A stretch of DNA of 64,000 nucleotides from Octopus sinensis (lineage: Eukaryota): positions 49,054,464-49,118,463 of the forward strand of contig NC_043011.1 of assembly GCF_006345805.1 (NCBI RefSeq), in the 5' to 3' direction. A program made the position numbers and the translations under genes. Under the pieces are notes generated by a model that saw nothing but the letters and a program-made list of their open reading frames with translations, made no database searches and had not been told where the DNA came from. Positions 12,096 to 26,110 of the stretch are shown one piece after another; the first letter of the stretch is position 1, and every line of letters starts with the position of its first letter.

Positions 12096-12101
12096 AATAT
12101 T

Positions 12102-12155
<54 letters not shown>

Positions 12156-12230
12156 TCTTTTATTTCTCACATTGATTTATGTCGATATATTTTGATCATT
12201 ATCATTATCATTGTTATTATTATTATTACT

Positions 12231-12660
12231 GACTGAGAGAGCAGTACATGACATCAAAGTGACACTAGGGTACAAATATACTATGCCCAATATACACATC
12301 ATGACTACACATCTGATAAGGGTACACCATCTGTGCGTGACATCGTGATCTTACATCAAGATAATCGGTGCATGACCTTAAAGGTGGGACTCGATTAAAA
12401 TTTTCATCAGGTTGAGTTAGCACATCCCACTCAAAAGGTTCCTAAGTAAGGATGATGAATGAAACACCCATGTTCCCAGAGGTGAATTATTCAAACTCCA
12501 AAGAATTCTTCTCAACAAATGTCTATGATGCCCCGCCAATATTCCTGTTCGTGATAAAAGATGCAAATATCATCAGCCAGTAACAGAATTACTTGACTGG
12601 TTAAGGTCAAGCAAATGACAAGCAAATCTGTTGTATTGAGCAGAATATTTGCTGTAGCCC
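12231..12660 (-). mobile_element. Unclassified ~430-bp TAA-tailed retroelement
   Basis: Collinear with 54931-55370; both copies end in a (TAA)n array. A partial third copy lies near 50910-51003. Confidence 0.7.
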
Positions 12661-14682
12661 AACTTTTAGGGGAAGGATAAATCAATTACATCAACCCCAG
12701 TATTCAGTTGGTACTTATTTCCTCGACCCCGAAAGGATCAAAAGCAAAGTCGGCCTCTGCAGAGTTTGAAACCAGAACATAAAGACGAATGAAATGCTGC
12801 TAAGCATTTTTCCTGGCGTGCTAACGATTCTGCCAGCTTGCCACCTACAATATTCTACTGGCTTTATGATCCAACCATATAGATCCAACTTTTCTCACCT
12901 ACCCTGCAATGTCAAACACATCATCAAAATCTCAAAGCTATGATGTAATACATGATTAATTCAAAACGAAACAAATAAATAAGCATTACATTTGACAGAG
13001 TAATCTGAATGCTAAAAGGTCAAAGGATTTCCCATTGGTAGTGATGTCATTGAAGTCATTCTTCAGTCAACCCACAGTGAATGGTACTCCCATCATGCCC
13101 ACCCGGGATTATTTTCTAGGCAACAATCTTACAGCCATATCATGTGGAAAGCATCAGTTTCTATCCAGTCACTAAGTTCAGGTATGTTGGCCCTTAGGGG
13201 TCCTTAGACGGGTGATTGCCTTAAAATATTGATGATGTAAACACTGAAGTTTACACAAACATGGGTGTGTGGCTAAGATTTTCGCTTCTCAATGCATAGC
13301 TTCAGTTTCAATCCCATTGCATGACACTCGAGGCAAGTGTTGTATACTATAGACCTACTCTAACCAATGTACCATTGCCTCATGAGCAAACCTGGTTGAC
13401 ATAATCTGTACAAAGGCCACACACACACACACACACGCACACACACATACACATACATTCACACACATATATATGACAGGTTTTTTTCAGTTTTCCTCTC
13501 CCAGATATATAGGAAAAGACACTTGTTGAAGCTGACATGATGTGCAACTGAACCGAGAACCATGTGGTTGAGAAGCAAATTTGTAACCGCACATCATCTT
13601 CATTGTATTAACGTCCACTTTTCCATGTTTGCATGGGTCAGATGGAATTTCTTTAGATAGATTTTCTTCAACTGAATTCTCATCCTGCAACTAACTCACC
13701 GGTTTCCTAATGAGGTGATACTCCCTCTTAGCCAGATATGTTTTTGTAGAACATTGGAAAGGAGTGGCATTCACTTATGACATGTACGTGATATCAAGGC
13801 AAGAAGATACCATTTACACACTTCCACTTACTCACACACACAAACACACTAACAAGTTTGCTTTACAACCACATGGTATCAAGTTCAGTCCCACTGCGTG
13901 GCATCTTGGGCATGTGTCTTCTGCTATAGCCTCAGGTTGACCAAAACCTTGTGAGGGGATTTGGTTGACAGAAACTGAAAGAAACCTGCCGTGTGTGTGT
14001 GTGTGTGTATTTGTGTGTCTGTATCTTTGTATCTGTGTTTTTACCCCCAGCACCACTTGACAAAAGGTGTTAGTGTGTTTGTGTCACCATAACTTAGCAC
14101 TTCGGCAAAAGAGACTAACAGAATAAGTACCAAGCTAAAAAAAAAAATTTTAATGGGGTCGATTTCTTTGACTAAAAATTCAAAGTGGTGCCCCAGCATG
14201 GTCGCAGTCTAATGACTGAAACAAATACAAGAAAAAATACAAATCAATGTTTTTAGGTCAAAAGTTATTACCAAAAAAAAAACGAAGGGAAGCCAACTTA
14301 TACACCAAGATAACTTTATGGGACCAAAGATTCCATTTGAAATGCAGTAGGATTTGAAATGATGGTTACAATATTTGAATGTTTATGCTTCATGTTTACA
14401 TTATATATTACATTGGCTTGTATACCAGAAAATACGGTATATATGTAATTTGAAGAGAGCAAACAAGCACAAGAAAATATCACTCAACACATCTGCTTGA
14501 AATTGAAATCTATTTGGTAAGCGTCACACATTTCCACAGCACTTAAAATTTGGTGGACATGCAGGTGTTGGCACCACCTCATCAGTTGCCAAGAAATATA
14601 TAACGAGGTGGATGCCTCCTACAAGCATACCAAATGTTTAGTAATGTGGGGTTAAGTCAAACTGTTATTAAATATAAATAGA

Positions 14683-15075
14683 TGCAGGTGCAGCTGTGTG
14701 GTAAGTAGCTTGCTTACCAGCCACATGGTTCCGGGTTCATTCCCACTGCGTGGAACTTTGTTTGGGCAAGTGCCTTCTACTATAGCATCGGGCTGACCAA
14801 GCCTTGTGAGTGGATTTGGTAGATGGAAACTGAAAGAAGCCCGTCGTATATATGTATATAAATATATGTTTGCGTGTTTTTGTTTGTTCCCCAACATCGC
14901 TTGACAACTGATATTGGTGTGTTTACGTCCCCGTCACTTAGCTGTTCAGCAAAAGAGACCGATAGAATAAGTACTAAGCTTCCAAAGAATAAGTCCTGGG
15001 ATTGATTTGCTCGACTAAAGGTGGTGCTCTAGCATGGCAGCAGTCAAATGATTGAAATAAGTAAAAGAGTAAAGA
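14683..15075 (+). mobile_element. Full-length family A SINE
   Basis: Matches the family consensus from head to the GAAATAAGTAAAAGAG end. Confidence 0.9.
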
Positions 15076-15142
15076 GTATATGTATGTGTATTATCATATG
15101 TATAGATATATGTCTGTGCACAAATATGTATTTATTGTGTGC

Positions 15143-15175
<33 letters not shown>

Positions 15176-15753
15176 TAAACATATGTATATTTTTGTATAT
15201 GCATCTAAAATTGCATAAACATATAATCGTTATGAATATGTGCATATAAACATATCTATATTTACATATATAAGCACATGTATATATATGTATATATGTG
15301 TGTGCATAAGCACGTATAAATTTACTTATATGCATATATATGTTTATAAACATAAACGTATATCTATGTATGTGTGTGTGTGTGTGTGTGTTTAAACATT
15401 ATACGTCATGTACTTTAAATATTCTAATATAATCTTACCATTCTCTACTTCCAGGAACTCTGTGAAATTTTTCACATTATATTCCATTAAGCAAATATAT
15501 CATACTTCATAATTTTTGATTTTCTTCTTAATGTCTGATCCAGTGTATGTTATGTTCCCTTAATCTTTTAAATCACATAGTTATATAAAGAACAAACTTC
15601 TTATCTGGCCATCTATTTAAATGTATATGTGCACAATAGCATAAGCAGACGTACATGCGTATATATATATGTATGTATGTATATATGCATGTATGCACAT
15701 ATTCTCATGCACATATATGTGTATTTGCATATGCTTATATATTACAAATTTAC

Positions 15754-15794
<41 letters not shown>

Positions 15795-16513
15795 TATATA
15801 TATATATATATATATGTATATATTTATATATATGTATACATTTATATATATATATACATATATATATATGTTTGTTTTATTATATATATGTATTTATTAT
15901 ATATATATATATATATTTATATATACGTATACATTTATTATATATATATATATATATATCTATATATATCTAATATATATATATATATATATTTATTTAT
16001 ATATATATATATATGTGTTTCCTGTGGTATATTATATATATATAATTATGTGTGTGGTGTATATAATATATAATATATATATATGTGTGTATATATATAT
16101 TGTATATGTGTATCTTATATATTTTATATAATAATATATGTATGTATGTACGTATGTAAATGTGTATATATTTATGATAACAATAACAGTTAAAATTTGA
16201 AATCTTTGCTATTGTTTACTCCAAGATACCCATTACCATTCATTCAAGCAGCCAACATTTATTTTTATTTTAAATTACAGAATTATTGAATTATAAAACT
16301 TATCTTTGTTTTATTTTGACATTTACATAAAATGTAAATATGTTAGCTGAACACTGCCTCTCAGCATTGACGAGAGACAATAAAAAGATACATTCAGGCC
16401 TATTTATAGCATCCTTATCAATCACAACACCACATGCCTTCACATCATGTGTGTATATCGTCATCATTGTTGTTGTCATTGACATCGTCATCATCAGTAG
16501 TGGTGGCATTTAA

Positions 16514-17299
16514 CCCTTGTGCATTCAAACCGGCCATATCTGGTCCAAATATGCTATCTGTTTTATAATCAAGCCAGCCATATCCAGCTTCTCACAACTA
16601 CTCCACAATGCCATTTTAAGAACATATTGGGGCGTCCGGAAAGTTCGTGCCGATTTTTAAAGGAAAGAAAAAGGTCAATAAATACTTGCCATTACATTTT
16701 TGATCAACTTAATATGAACTATTTTGTTGCACAATGCGTCTCCATCTTTCCTTTAACTTGAAAATACCCTCTTCCCAGAATTGAGGTGGTTTCATGGCAA
16801 AGAATTCATCAAGGTATCTTTTTACGTCATCCAAGGAATTGAAATTTTTACCATTAAGTCTATTCTGCAGAGACCTGAATAAGTGGAAATTTGAAGGAGC
16901 AATATCTGGTGAATATGGAGGGTGGGGTAACACATCCCAGCCGAGCTGCAGCAATTTTTGTCTGGTTCCCAAAGCATCAAGTACCGGAAAGGAACTTTCT
17001 TGTCTTCCATTTTAAAGGGTTACAGAATTAACACAGATTATTGGAACATAAACCTTCTTCCACAAAAAGATAGCTTAAACTGTACTCTAAATGGAGGTGT
17101 AGTCAAATCCTATTTTATAGACTCAAACATGTTCTAACATAAGTCGAAATATAAGCTACTATAAATCGGCACGAACTTTCTGGACAACCCAATACAATCA
17201 CATCATGGAAATCTTGAAGCAATGAGGTATGCATGATTAATTCAAAACAATGCAAATAAATAAGCATTACATTTGACAGATTAATGTGAATGCTAAAGC
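16514..17299. mobile_element. TTAA-type (piggyBac-like) MITE split by a mariner insertion
   Basis: TTAA|CCCTTGTGCATTC start. Both halves (16514-16626 and 17193-17299) align to the intact copy at 33229-33449; the right end GCTAAAGCG is degenerate. Confidence 0.8.
16627..17192 (-). mobile_element. Internally deleted mariner transposon
   Basis: ~30-bp TIRs TTGGG(G/T)(C/T)GTCC(G/A)GAAAGTTCGTGCCGATTT flanked by TA on both sides. Encodes N-terminal MEDKKVPFRYLMLWE joined out of frame to C-terminal LGWDVLPHPPYSPDIAPSNFHLFRSLQN...W; the third catalytic D appears as N. Confidence 0.9.
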
Positions 17300-19806
17300 G
17301 CCAACATCCTGTTCTATTCAGCCATGGGTTGGACAGTTTGACAGGAATTGATGTGTCCAAGGACTGCATTGTGTTCTAATGTTGCTTTGATATGGTTTTT
17401 GCAACTGGAAGCCCTTCCTAACATTAACTGCATTATTTTAGAGCATGGATACCAACCACATTGTTTTAGAGCATGGACTGGGTGCTTTTGTATGTGCCAC
17501 TTATCACCCATACTATTGAGGTGTTTGCATGCAGTTTGCAGGGCTAACAAGGGTACACAACAACCATAGTCTATTCCCAATTCTATACAATTTGGTTTTT
17601 CTTATTATCTCCCACTTTAGTTTATATTTAATTTCTTTTGCTGGATAGATTCGGATGAAATTTTCAGGGATGTTTGGCCTCATGACTGGAACGAACTGAT
17701 TAGATTCTGGGATCGATCTGGCATGGGACAAAGATTCTGGATTATTTTTCTTGGGTTCTTTTTTACTTAATTTTCAAGCATGGTTGGGTTCATGTTTAGC
17801 ATTCTCGCTTGTGAGAGCGGACAAACAAACAATACCTCTGCCTTAGCAACAATCATGATAGGATGAAAGGCAAAGTCAACCTCGGCAGAGTTTGAACCAA
17901 GAATGTATTACTTAGCATTTTGTTTGGCATGCTAACAATTCTGCCAGGTAACCACCTGAAAGTGACTATAATATTAATTAATAACTTAATGAATTTTAAA
18001 TTGATATAAGGATCCTCTTTGTGGAAATGTAGGATGATGTTTTCCAGATTGAGATGAGTGTTATTAATTTTGAAAGTGTTAATTAAAGGAATTGGTAATA
18101 AATCACATTGACTGATGAAGAATATGTTACCAATTTGAAGTGGATGATCTAGAAATAAATCTGAGTACTGGTTAAACCATTCAAAATAATTGCAATTAAA
18201 AGGTAGTTATCATCAAATTAATTAAATGTTGGAAGGTGGTATATGTTTCTAAGCTTAAAAAGATGTATTCCAATTATGAGTGGGTTGTTTTAGCATATAA
18301 GTCCCCTGGGGGTTGCTGTCTGTGTTTACATCTGTGCTAATAGAGTGGCAAGTGATAGTTGGGTGTTATGTGAGAAGCTGGTAAAGAATGAGTGTGAGAT
18401 GGGGGTAGCATAGGGGTATAAATGAAAATATTTAGCTGGAATGTGGAAGGGTATTTTTAGAGTTACAGATGTAAAAAAGAAAAAACAAATATTAAAAATA
18501 AAAAGAAAAGGAAAATAATACGGGTTGATAATTTCAGGAGTGAAAGATCTAAAATATATAAGGAATGGTGAAATGGTAAGGTGTGGCATTAATCATGGTG
18601 GAAGGGGTGGAAGTAGTGGTGGTAGTGGTGGTGGTGGGGTAGTCTCATGTGAGTAATGTACTTTAGCATAATTGTTTGTATACAAGAGGAATGGTTTTTC
18701 TACAAGAGGAATATATGTATAGAATTTGTAATATTTATGTAATGGTTGAGATCAAATAGAAATAAGAGAGTGGATTGGCAGTTATTAGAGCATTTGATTC
18801 TGTATGTATGTATGTATGTGCATGAGTGTGGGAGGGCCTCCCATGGTTTTTTGAATCCACAGTTCAAATCTCACCAAGTTTAACAATGCCTTTCCGCTTT
18901 CTGATGTAAATAAAGTAACAGTCAAGTGGTGGGGGTGGGGTTGGTGGAGGGCACATGTGGATTTGCAGACTCAGTGTGTCAGATAAGATACTTTGTGCTC
19001 TGTCTTTCAGCTCTTTGAGTTCAAATTTTACTCTTTCCATTCTCTAACTGTGGAGGTGCATGGTTTATTGGTTTGGGTGTTGCATTCATGGTCATAAGAT
19101 TGTGGTTTCAATTCCTGGGTCGGGCGAAGCATTGTTTTCTTGAACAAGACACTTCATTTCACATTGCTCAAGTCTACCCAGCTGGCAAAAATTGAGCAAT
19201 CCTACAATGGACCATCATCCCATCCAGGGGAAATTACACCGCAGAATCCAGAAAACTGACCTTCTGAAAGTATGGCTCAGGAAGGACCTTTGATGCTTGA
19301 CCATTTTTGTTCCCAGCCATGCCCTGATGTGAAACTTGGTCTTTGGGACATGAAACCAATGGGAAGAGAACTGTATTGTCTGATAGAGGGTTATCTCATT
19401 CGGAATAGTATCTTGGTTGCAACAAGGCAAAAGAAGGAGAGGACCTGGTAAGCACTTGGTCCTGGTCAGATAAACTAAAGTTCCTATTAAACAACACAGA
19501 ATACAATTAATGGAGGTCGTTAATGAAATTAGTATTTTGGAATAAATCGGAAATATATGAGTGTGTGTGTGTGTGTGTGTATGTGTGTGTAAGACTATAT
19601 AAGAAAAGATCAGCCAATGGCATTGATACAATGCAAAACTTCTCCAAACTCTGTGGTTACAAGGCAAACTTCTTAACCAGGCACACAAATGCACACACTC
19701 ATGCACACACACACACACACACACATGTACTCAACCACATACATACAAGCATACACACACAGACTCTCACACATGCATACACACAGAAATGCTCTCACAC
19801 ACACTT

Positions 19807-19847
<41 letters not shown>

Positions 19848-20299
19848 TGTACTTGAACATATACACATGCATACACACATGCATACACACACACACAAAC
19901 GTACTTGAACATATACACATGCACATACACACAAATGTACTCAAACACACACATATGCATACACACACAAATACACACACACACATTAGTTGTCCATTCC
20001 ATTTTTAACATCACCATTTTCTCATTGCAGAAATGAAATTTAGCATCTTTTCTGCTATTAGTCCACAAATAATTACCCAGGCTCTTTTGTTGCAGAATAT
20101 TTTGTAAGAAATGGGGCAGGATAATTTTGTCAAGAATCATACCAACAGCTACCCAACCATTCTCCATTCACTTACATTCATCTATCTCCTTGTGTATCTA
20201 TCAATCAATCAATCAATCTACCTATTTATCCCTCTATCAGTCTGCCTGTCTGTCTTTCTATATATTTGTTTTATTGTTTGTCTGCCTGCCTGTCTATCT

Positions 20300-20309
20300 C
20301 CCTATCTCC

Positions 20310-20388
<79 letters not shown>

Positions 20389-21306
20389 CATATCCATCTA
20401 TCTATCTATTTATTTATGTATTCATTTGACTGTCTGTCTATCAATATATCTATTTTATTTACTTATCCATCTATGCATCTGTCTGTCTGTTTGCCCATCT
20501 ATCTATCCATCTAACTATCCTCTCTCTCTATCATCATCATCATCATCATCATCGTTTAACGTCCGTTCTCCATGCTAGCATGGGTTGGACGGTTTGACCG
20601 GGGATCTGGGAAGCCAGAAGGCTGCACCAGGCTCCAGTCTTATCTGGCAGTGTTTCTACAGCTGGATGCCCTTCCTAACGCCAACCACTCCATGAGTGCA
20701 GTGGGTGCTTTTTACGTGCCACCTGCACAGGTGCCAGTCGAGGCGGCGCTGGCATCGGCCACGATTCGGATAGTGCTAGTATATATGTGTATGTGCAGTA
20801 ACAGATTGGGTCTAAAAATATTGGTCGCCAGGAGACTAAGGAGGTCCACCTGCAACAACAAAGGGACCCAGCCACAACTACAATGCTATCATTTATTTAT
20901 TTATTTATTATTTTTTTTGTTAAAAGTACTCTTTCCACCTGTCTACACACACAGCCAGGCTGAAATAATGTATTCTTCTGCGAGTGAATAAAAAATTCTC
21001 ACACTTGAAGAGATACTAACATGGGCCCCCATATATGGATTCTAATGGCGCAGGGGCCCATTTGCCATCGGGCAAGCTGGCAACCTGGTCAGTCTGCAAC
21101 TGTGTGTGTGTGTGTGTGTGTGTGCATATCTATCTGTCTATCTATCTATCTATTTATCTATCTCTGACTGACTATCTATTTATCTATCTATAATTCTATC
21201 AATCTATCTATCTATTTATCTATCTGTCTATTTATCTATCTATCTATTTATCTATCTGTCTATTTATCTATCTGTCTATCTATCTATTTATCTATCTGAC
21301 TATCAT

Positions 21307-21347
<41 letters not shown>

Positions 21348-21348
21348 T

Positions 21349-21432
<84 letters not shown>

Positions 21433-21450
21433 ATTCTATCTATCTACTTA
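20300..21450. repeat. (TCTA)n microsatellite tracts at about 20300-20400 and 21130-21450
   Basis: Direct reading of the arrays. Confidence 0.9.
20540..20780 (-). mobile_element. Family D SINE-like repeat with (GAT)n tail (RTE-type 3' end)
   Basis: Reverse complement of GGCGTTAGGAAGGGCATCCAGCTGTAGAAAC...CATGCTAGCATGGAGAACGGACGTTAAACGATGATGAT. Other copies at 25425, 25840, 34920, 42820 (+) and 52905 (+). Confidence 0.75.
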
Positions 21451-21914
21451 TCTTGCTATATATGGGTGTAAATAATCAATAATTAATAAAGATAGAAGGA
21501 CTTCCTAAAACGAGGAGAAAATTGTAAATTCCGACTGATAGAAAGCAGTTTGGTAATATGGATGCAAGAACTGCTTGTAGAATCACTGGTAACAAATGAG
21601 AAAATATAATCCATCCAGTTGCAATGGCTTTCAAACTCAGCAAACTGCGTTGCTTAATCAGATGCTAATGAGGAAGAAATCGTCCGTAAATCCTGTCTAA
21701 AAGACATTAATTTCTCAAACATTTATGTCAAATTTCTATCAAAATAGCAACAAATATGAAAGAATGTCGTTAAGTTGTCATCATCTGCAATGTTTGAAAG
21801 AAGCAAAGGAAATTGTTTTCACTTCAAATGTGATGTTTCTTAATCGCATGCCACGAATTATTAGTAGTTAATAACAAGGACAACACTCTGCATGCATAAT
21901 GCATGCAAGAGCCA

Positions 21915-22254
21915 TGCACACACACACACACATATAAACACACACATACACACACAAACCCACACATAAACATACACACACAAACACACACACACACAAA
22001 CACACACACACAGACACACACACACAAACATAGACACACACATAAACATGCACATACACACACACAAACACACACAAACCCACACACTAACAGACACACA
22101 CAAACACACACATAAACATACACACACACACAAGCACACACACACACACACACATTCACACATCTGTACCTCTTTCTTGCTGTATATTACACATGTTTGT
22201 GCTTGAGTGTATGCGTACACATGTTGAGATATATGCATATATGTGTGTGTGTGC

Positions 22255-22285
<31 letters not shown>

Positions 22286-22598
22286 GAGAGAGAGATAGAT
22301 AGATATATGCATATATATATAATATATTTGTGTGCATGCGTATACATATATATATATATCTGTGCGTGCATGTGTGTGTGTGTATATATATATATATAGA
22401 GAGAGAGAGAGATAGATAGATATATGCATATATATATATATATTTGTGTGCATGCGTATACATATATATATATATCTGTGCGTGCATGTGTGTGTGTGTA
22501 TATATATATAGAGAGAGAGAGATAGATAGATATATGCATATATATATATATATTTGTGTGCATGCGTATACATATATATATATATATCTGTGCGTGCA

Positions 22599-22632
<34 letters not shown>

Positions 22633-22920
22633 CACACACATACATATGATTATCTCTGCCTATTGTACTTATATATTTGTATATATGCCTGTGTGTGCAT
22701 GTGTGTGTGTATATACATGTGTGTTTGTGTGTGTGGTGGGGGTGTATGCTTGTTATAATTGCATTGCTGGTGATTTGAATTTCACCCATGGATATGAACA
22801 AATATGTATATGCATCTATTTACCTCTCCATTTATATATCTACCTCTCTCTCTCTATATATATATATACATATATACATACATATATATACATATATATA
22901 CATACACACACACACATAGA
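21915..22920. repeat. Compound CA/TA/GA microsatellite with a higher-order unit of about 110-120 bp repeated 3-4 times (22250-22620)
   Basis: GAGAGATAGATAGATATATGCATATAT...TTTGTGTGCATGCGTATACAT...CTGTGCGTGCATG recurs. Confidence 0.85.
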
Positions 22921-22999
22921 TTCATAGATACACGAGAAGATTTATAAATATATGTGTATATATATATATACATATATATATATACATATATCAATAGAC

Positions 23000-23318
23000 T
23001 CCGCCGGTTACGACGACGAGGGTCCCAGCTGATACGATCAACGGGAACAGCTTGCTCGTGAAATTAACGTGCAAATGGCTGAGCATTCCACAGACACGTG
23101 TACCCTTAACGTAGTTCTCGGGGAAAATCAGCGTGACACAGAGAGTGACAAGGCTGACCCTTTGAAATACAAGTACAACTCATTTTTGCCAGCTGAGTGG
23201 ACTGGAGCACGTTGAATAAAAAGTGTCTTGCTCAAGGACACAACGCGTCGCCGGGAATCGAACTCACAACCCTTACGACATGAGCCGAATGCCCTAACCA
23301 CTAAGCCACACGCCCTCA
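23000..23318 (-). mobile_element. Young, CpG-rich tRNA-headed SINE (family B head, long tail)
   Basis: A box TGGCTTAGTGG and B box GAGTTCGATTCC on the minus strand; the tail is homologous to 41880-42066. Confidence 0.85.
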
Positions 23319-23325
23319 CATACAT

Positions 23326-23365
<40 letters not shown>

Positions 23366-24159
23366 TATACATATATATAATATATATATATGGACAAACA
23401 GACAAACAGATAGACAAATATATATGCTCATACAAACACAGATAAATACACAGGTACATGAGAATATATATATATATATAATTATATACATATATATATA
23501 TATATATATGGACAAACAGATGGACAAATATATATATACTCACACACATAGACATTATTTACATTTAATTTTGTTTTTCCTTCATTTTGCATGGAACCAC
23601 TTATCTTCGGAATTCAGCGACTGTTGACATGAAGAAGGAGAAAATCTAACTATTTTCCGAAGGATTATCTCTTAGACGGGAATGTTTATCACATACTTAT
23701 ATTATTGATTTCTAACATATGAACATGGCCTCGACTCTGGAAGAGGGTATATCTGATTAAACTATCTCTATTACTTTATTCTATTAACTCTGGAAAGATG
23801 AAGAACCAAGTGAAACTCAGTAAGATGTTAAGTCCCATAATAGGCATCTTTGATTTCCTTGTATTTTTTCATATTATTGCTCACTTCTAAATCAACTCAG
23901 CTGAAGTGAAAAAGTGTCATTGATGAGACAAGATTGAAACATGTCAGTTACTTCCAACGGTTTCCTTTAAAGGCAAGATACATTTCTAACTGTAATTTTG
24001 TATTTTGGAAACATTTCGATTAACTGATGTTGTTGGATATGTATTCGTTGCTTTGTGGGTCTTTTTATCTTCTAAGTACAAAAAGCGACTTGCTTAAGGT
24101 TTTTAAACTGCCAGATTTATTACATTTGCGTGACTCCAAAGTTATATATCATCAGCATT

Positions 24160-24221
<62 letters not shown>

Positions 24222-24480
24222 TTAATGCTCGTTTTCTATGCTACCATGGGTTCACTGGCTCGATAGGAGCTGGCAAGCCAGAGAGCTACACCAGGTTCCA
24301 TTTATCTGTTTTGATGTGGTTTCTATCGATGGTTGCTCGTCTTAATGCTGACCACTCTACTGAATGTATTGGATGTTTTTCACATGGCACCGGCACCAGC
24401 AGTGTCACCAAAGAACTTGCAAGATGAACAACTTAGTTGAGAGAGGGAGTAACTGAAACCAAGAGAAGTGGCTGCTTGCC

Positions 24481-24740
24481 AGGATAGCAGTTAGACCATG
24501 TTAGTTGGACAAAGGATAGTGGTTAGACTATGTTAGTTGGACAAAGGATAGTGGTTAGACTATGTTAGTTGGACAAAGGATAGTGGTTAGACTATGTTAG
24601 TTGGACAAATGTTAGTTGTTAGACTACATTAGTTGGACAAAGGATAGCGGTTAGACTATGTTGGTTGGACAAATGTTAGTTGTTAGACTATGTTAGTTGG
24701 ACAAAGGATAGCAGTTAGACTATGTTAGTTGGACAAAGAC
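24481..24740. repeat. ~32-bp minisatellite
   Basis: ATGTTAGTTGGACAAAGGATAGTGGTTAGACT repeated about 7-8 times with variants. Confidence 0.9.
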
Positions 24741-25028
24741 AGTTGTCTTAAGATGGAAGAGATACTTGGTTACCCATGCAGGACAACGAAGGAGAAGGAC
24801 AATATTCACACACACACATGTCATCTGATTCAAAAATCAAAACTATTACATTATGATTGTGAGCCCAACCTAACCACTAGACCACTGCCTTACAGGCAAT
24901 ACTTTCTAAATTACCAATGTTTACAATTATGTTATTGTGTTGCAGCTCATGTCTTGCAGAGAAAGTCCATGGCATTTCCAAGTACATTCTAATAATAAAG
25001 CAAAATCAAATTATATTAGCCTGAAGCT

Positions 25029-25064
<36 letters not shown>

Positions 25065-25373
25065 TCCTAGAGTGTCCTAAGGCAGACCTCCTGATGGATG
25101 CAAAAATCAAACAAGCAGTTAAGCAGTTTAACCCATTCAGTTTTTATCAATCATTTTTGTGCAATCTACTCTTGTGTACAGTTGTCCAGAAGAATGACTG
25201 AGCAAAATCTTGATAGAGGTGTGTAATTTTCTTTACCTTATTATATAACAGTCAAAGGTAATACAAAAGTATATTCAGCATTCTCGTGTCTATGTAGCTC
25301 ATAAAATTATTATAAATACATACGTAGAAACATATATACAGACGAATATACTTACATATATGTACATACATAC

Positions 25374-25419
<46 letters not shown>

Positions 25420-25979
25420 CATTTTCATCATCATCGTTTAACGTCCATTTTCCATGCTGCCATGGGGTGGATGGTTCAACTGGGGTCTGGAGAGCCAGGA
25501 GGCTGCACCAGGCACCTGTCTGATCTGGCAATGTTTCTACAGCTGGATGCCCTTCCTAATGCCAACCTCTCCGAGAGTGTAGTGGGTGCTTTTTACATGC
25601 CACCAGCACAGGAGCCTGAGTGGGCTGGCATCGGCCACGATCGGACGGTGCTTTTTATGTGCCACCGGCACAGGAGCCAGTCAAGATGTGCTGGCATCAA
25701 CCATGTTCAGATGGTGCTTTTTACGTGCCACTGGCACAGGGAACACAACTGCAATTTCCCTTTGATTGTGATTTGATTTCATTGCCACATTATAATGACT
25801 GAAACAAGTAAAAGTTAAAAGCTGTATATATATCATCATCATCATCATCATCGTTTAACGTCTGCTTTCCATGCTAGCATGGGTTGCACGGTTCAACTGG
25901 GGTCTGGCAAGCCCGAAGGCTGCACCAGGCCAGTCAGATCTGGCAGTGTTTCTACAGCTGGATGCCCTTCCTAACGCCA

Positions 25980-26020
<41 letters not shown>

Positions 26021-26110
26021 ATTATTGTTTACAATAATATCAGGTGGCATAGTATGCATAAAAAACCATAAAGGTAATAACATAAAGGTAAACATTTATT
26101 AATTAATAAT

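Noticed and set aside
13119-13180. Possible 62-nt plus-strand exon (TTTTCTAG| ... CAG|GTATGT)
   Set aside because: One frame is open, but the peptide is unrecognisable and has no supporting neighbours.
14545-14592. Minus-strand CUGAUGA-GGUGG...CCACC-AAAU
   Set aside because: Stem II is good, but GAAA is incomplete and there is no stem I or III partner.
15439-15487. Possible first coding exon on the minus strand, MEYNVKNFTEFLEVEN + G|GTAAG
   Set aside because: It has a good donor but is only 49 nt, with no recognisable homology and no downstream partner exon; such matches are expected by chance in 64 kb.
18104-18200. Hammerhead-like CUGAUGA-A-GAAU...AUUC-AAAA-UAAUUG-CA
   Set aside because: It needs at least three corrections (G12, U16.1, stem I). 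It may be a decayed Penelope terminus but cannot be supported alone.
23000-23318. tRNA genes at SINE heads
   Set aside because: A and B boxes are present, but no complete cloverleaf could be folded, and the heads run into SINE bodies.
23915-23950. Minimal hammerhead-like UUGAUGA-GACAAGAUU-GAAA-CAUG-UC
   Set aside because: C3 is mutated, stem II is weak and stem I does not pair.
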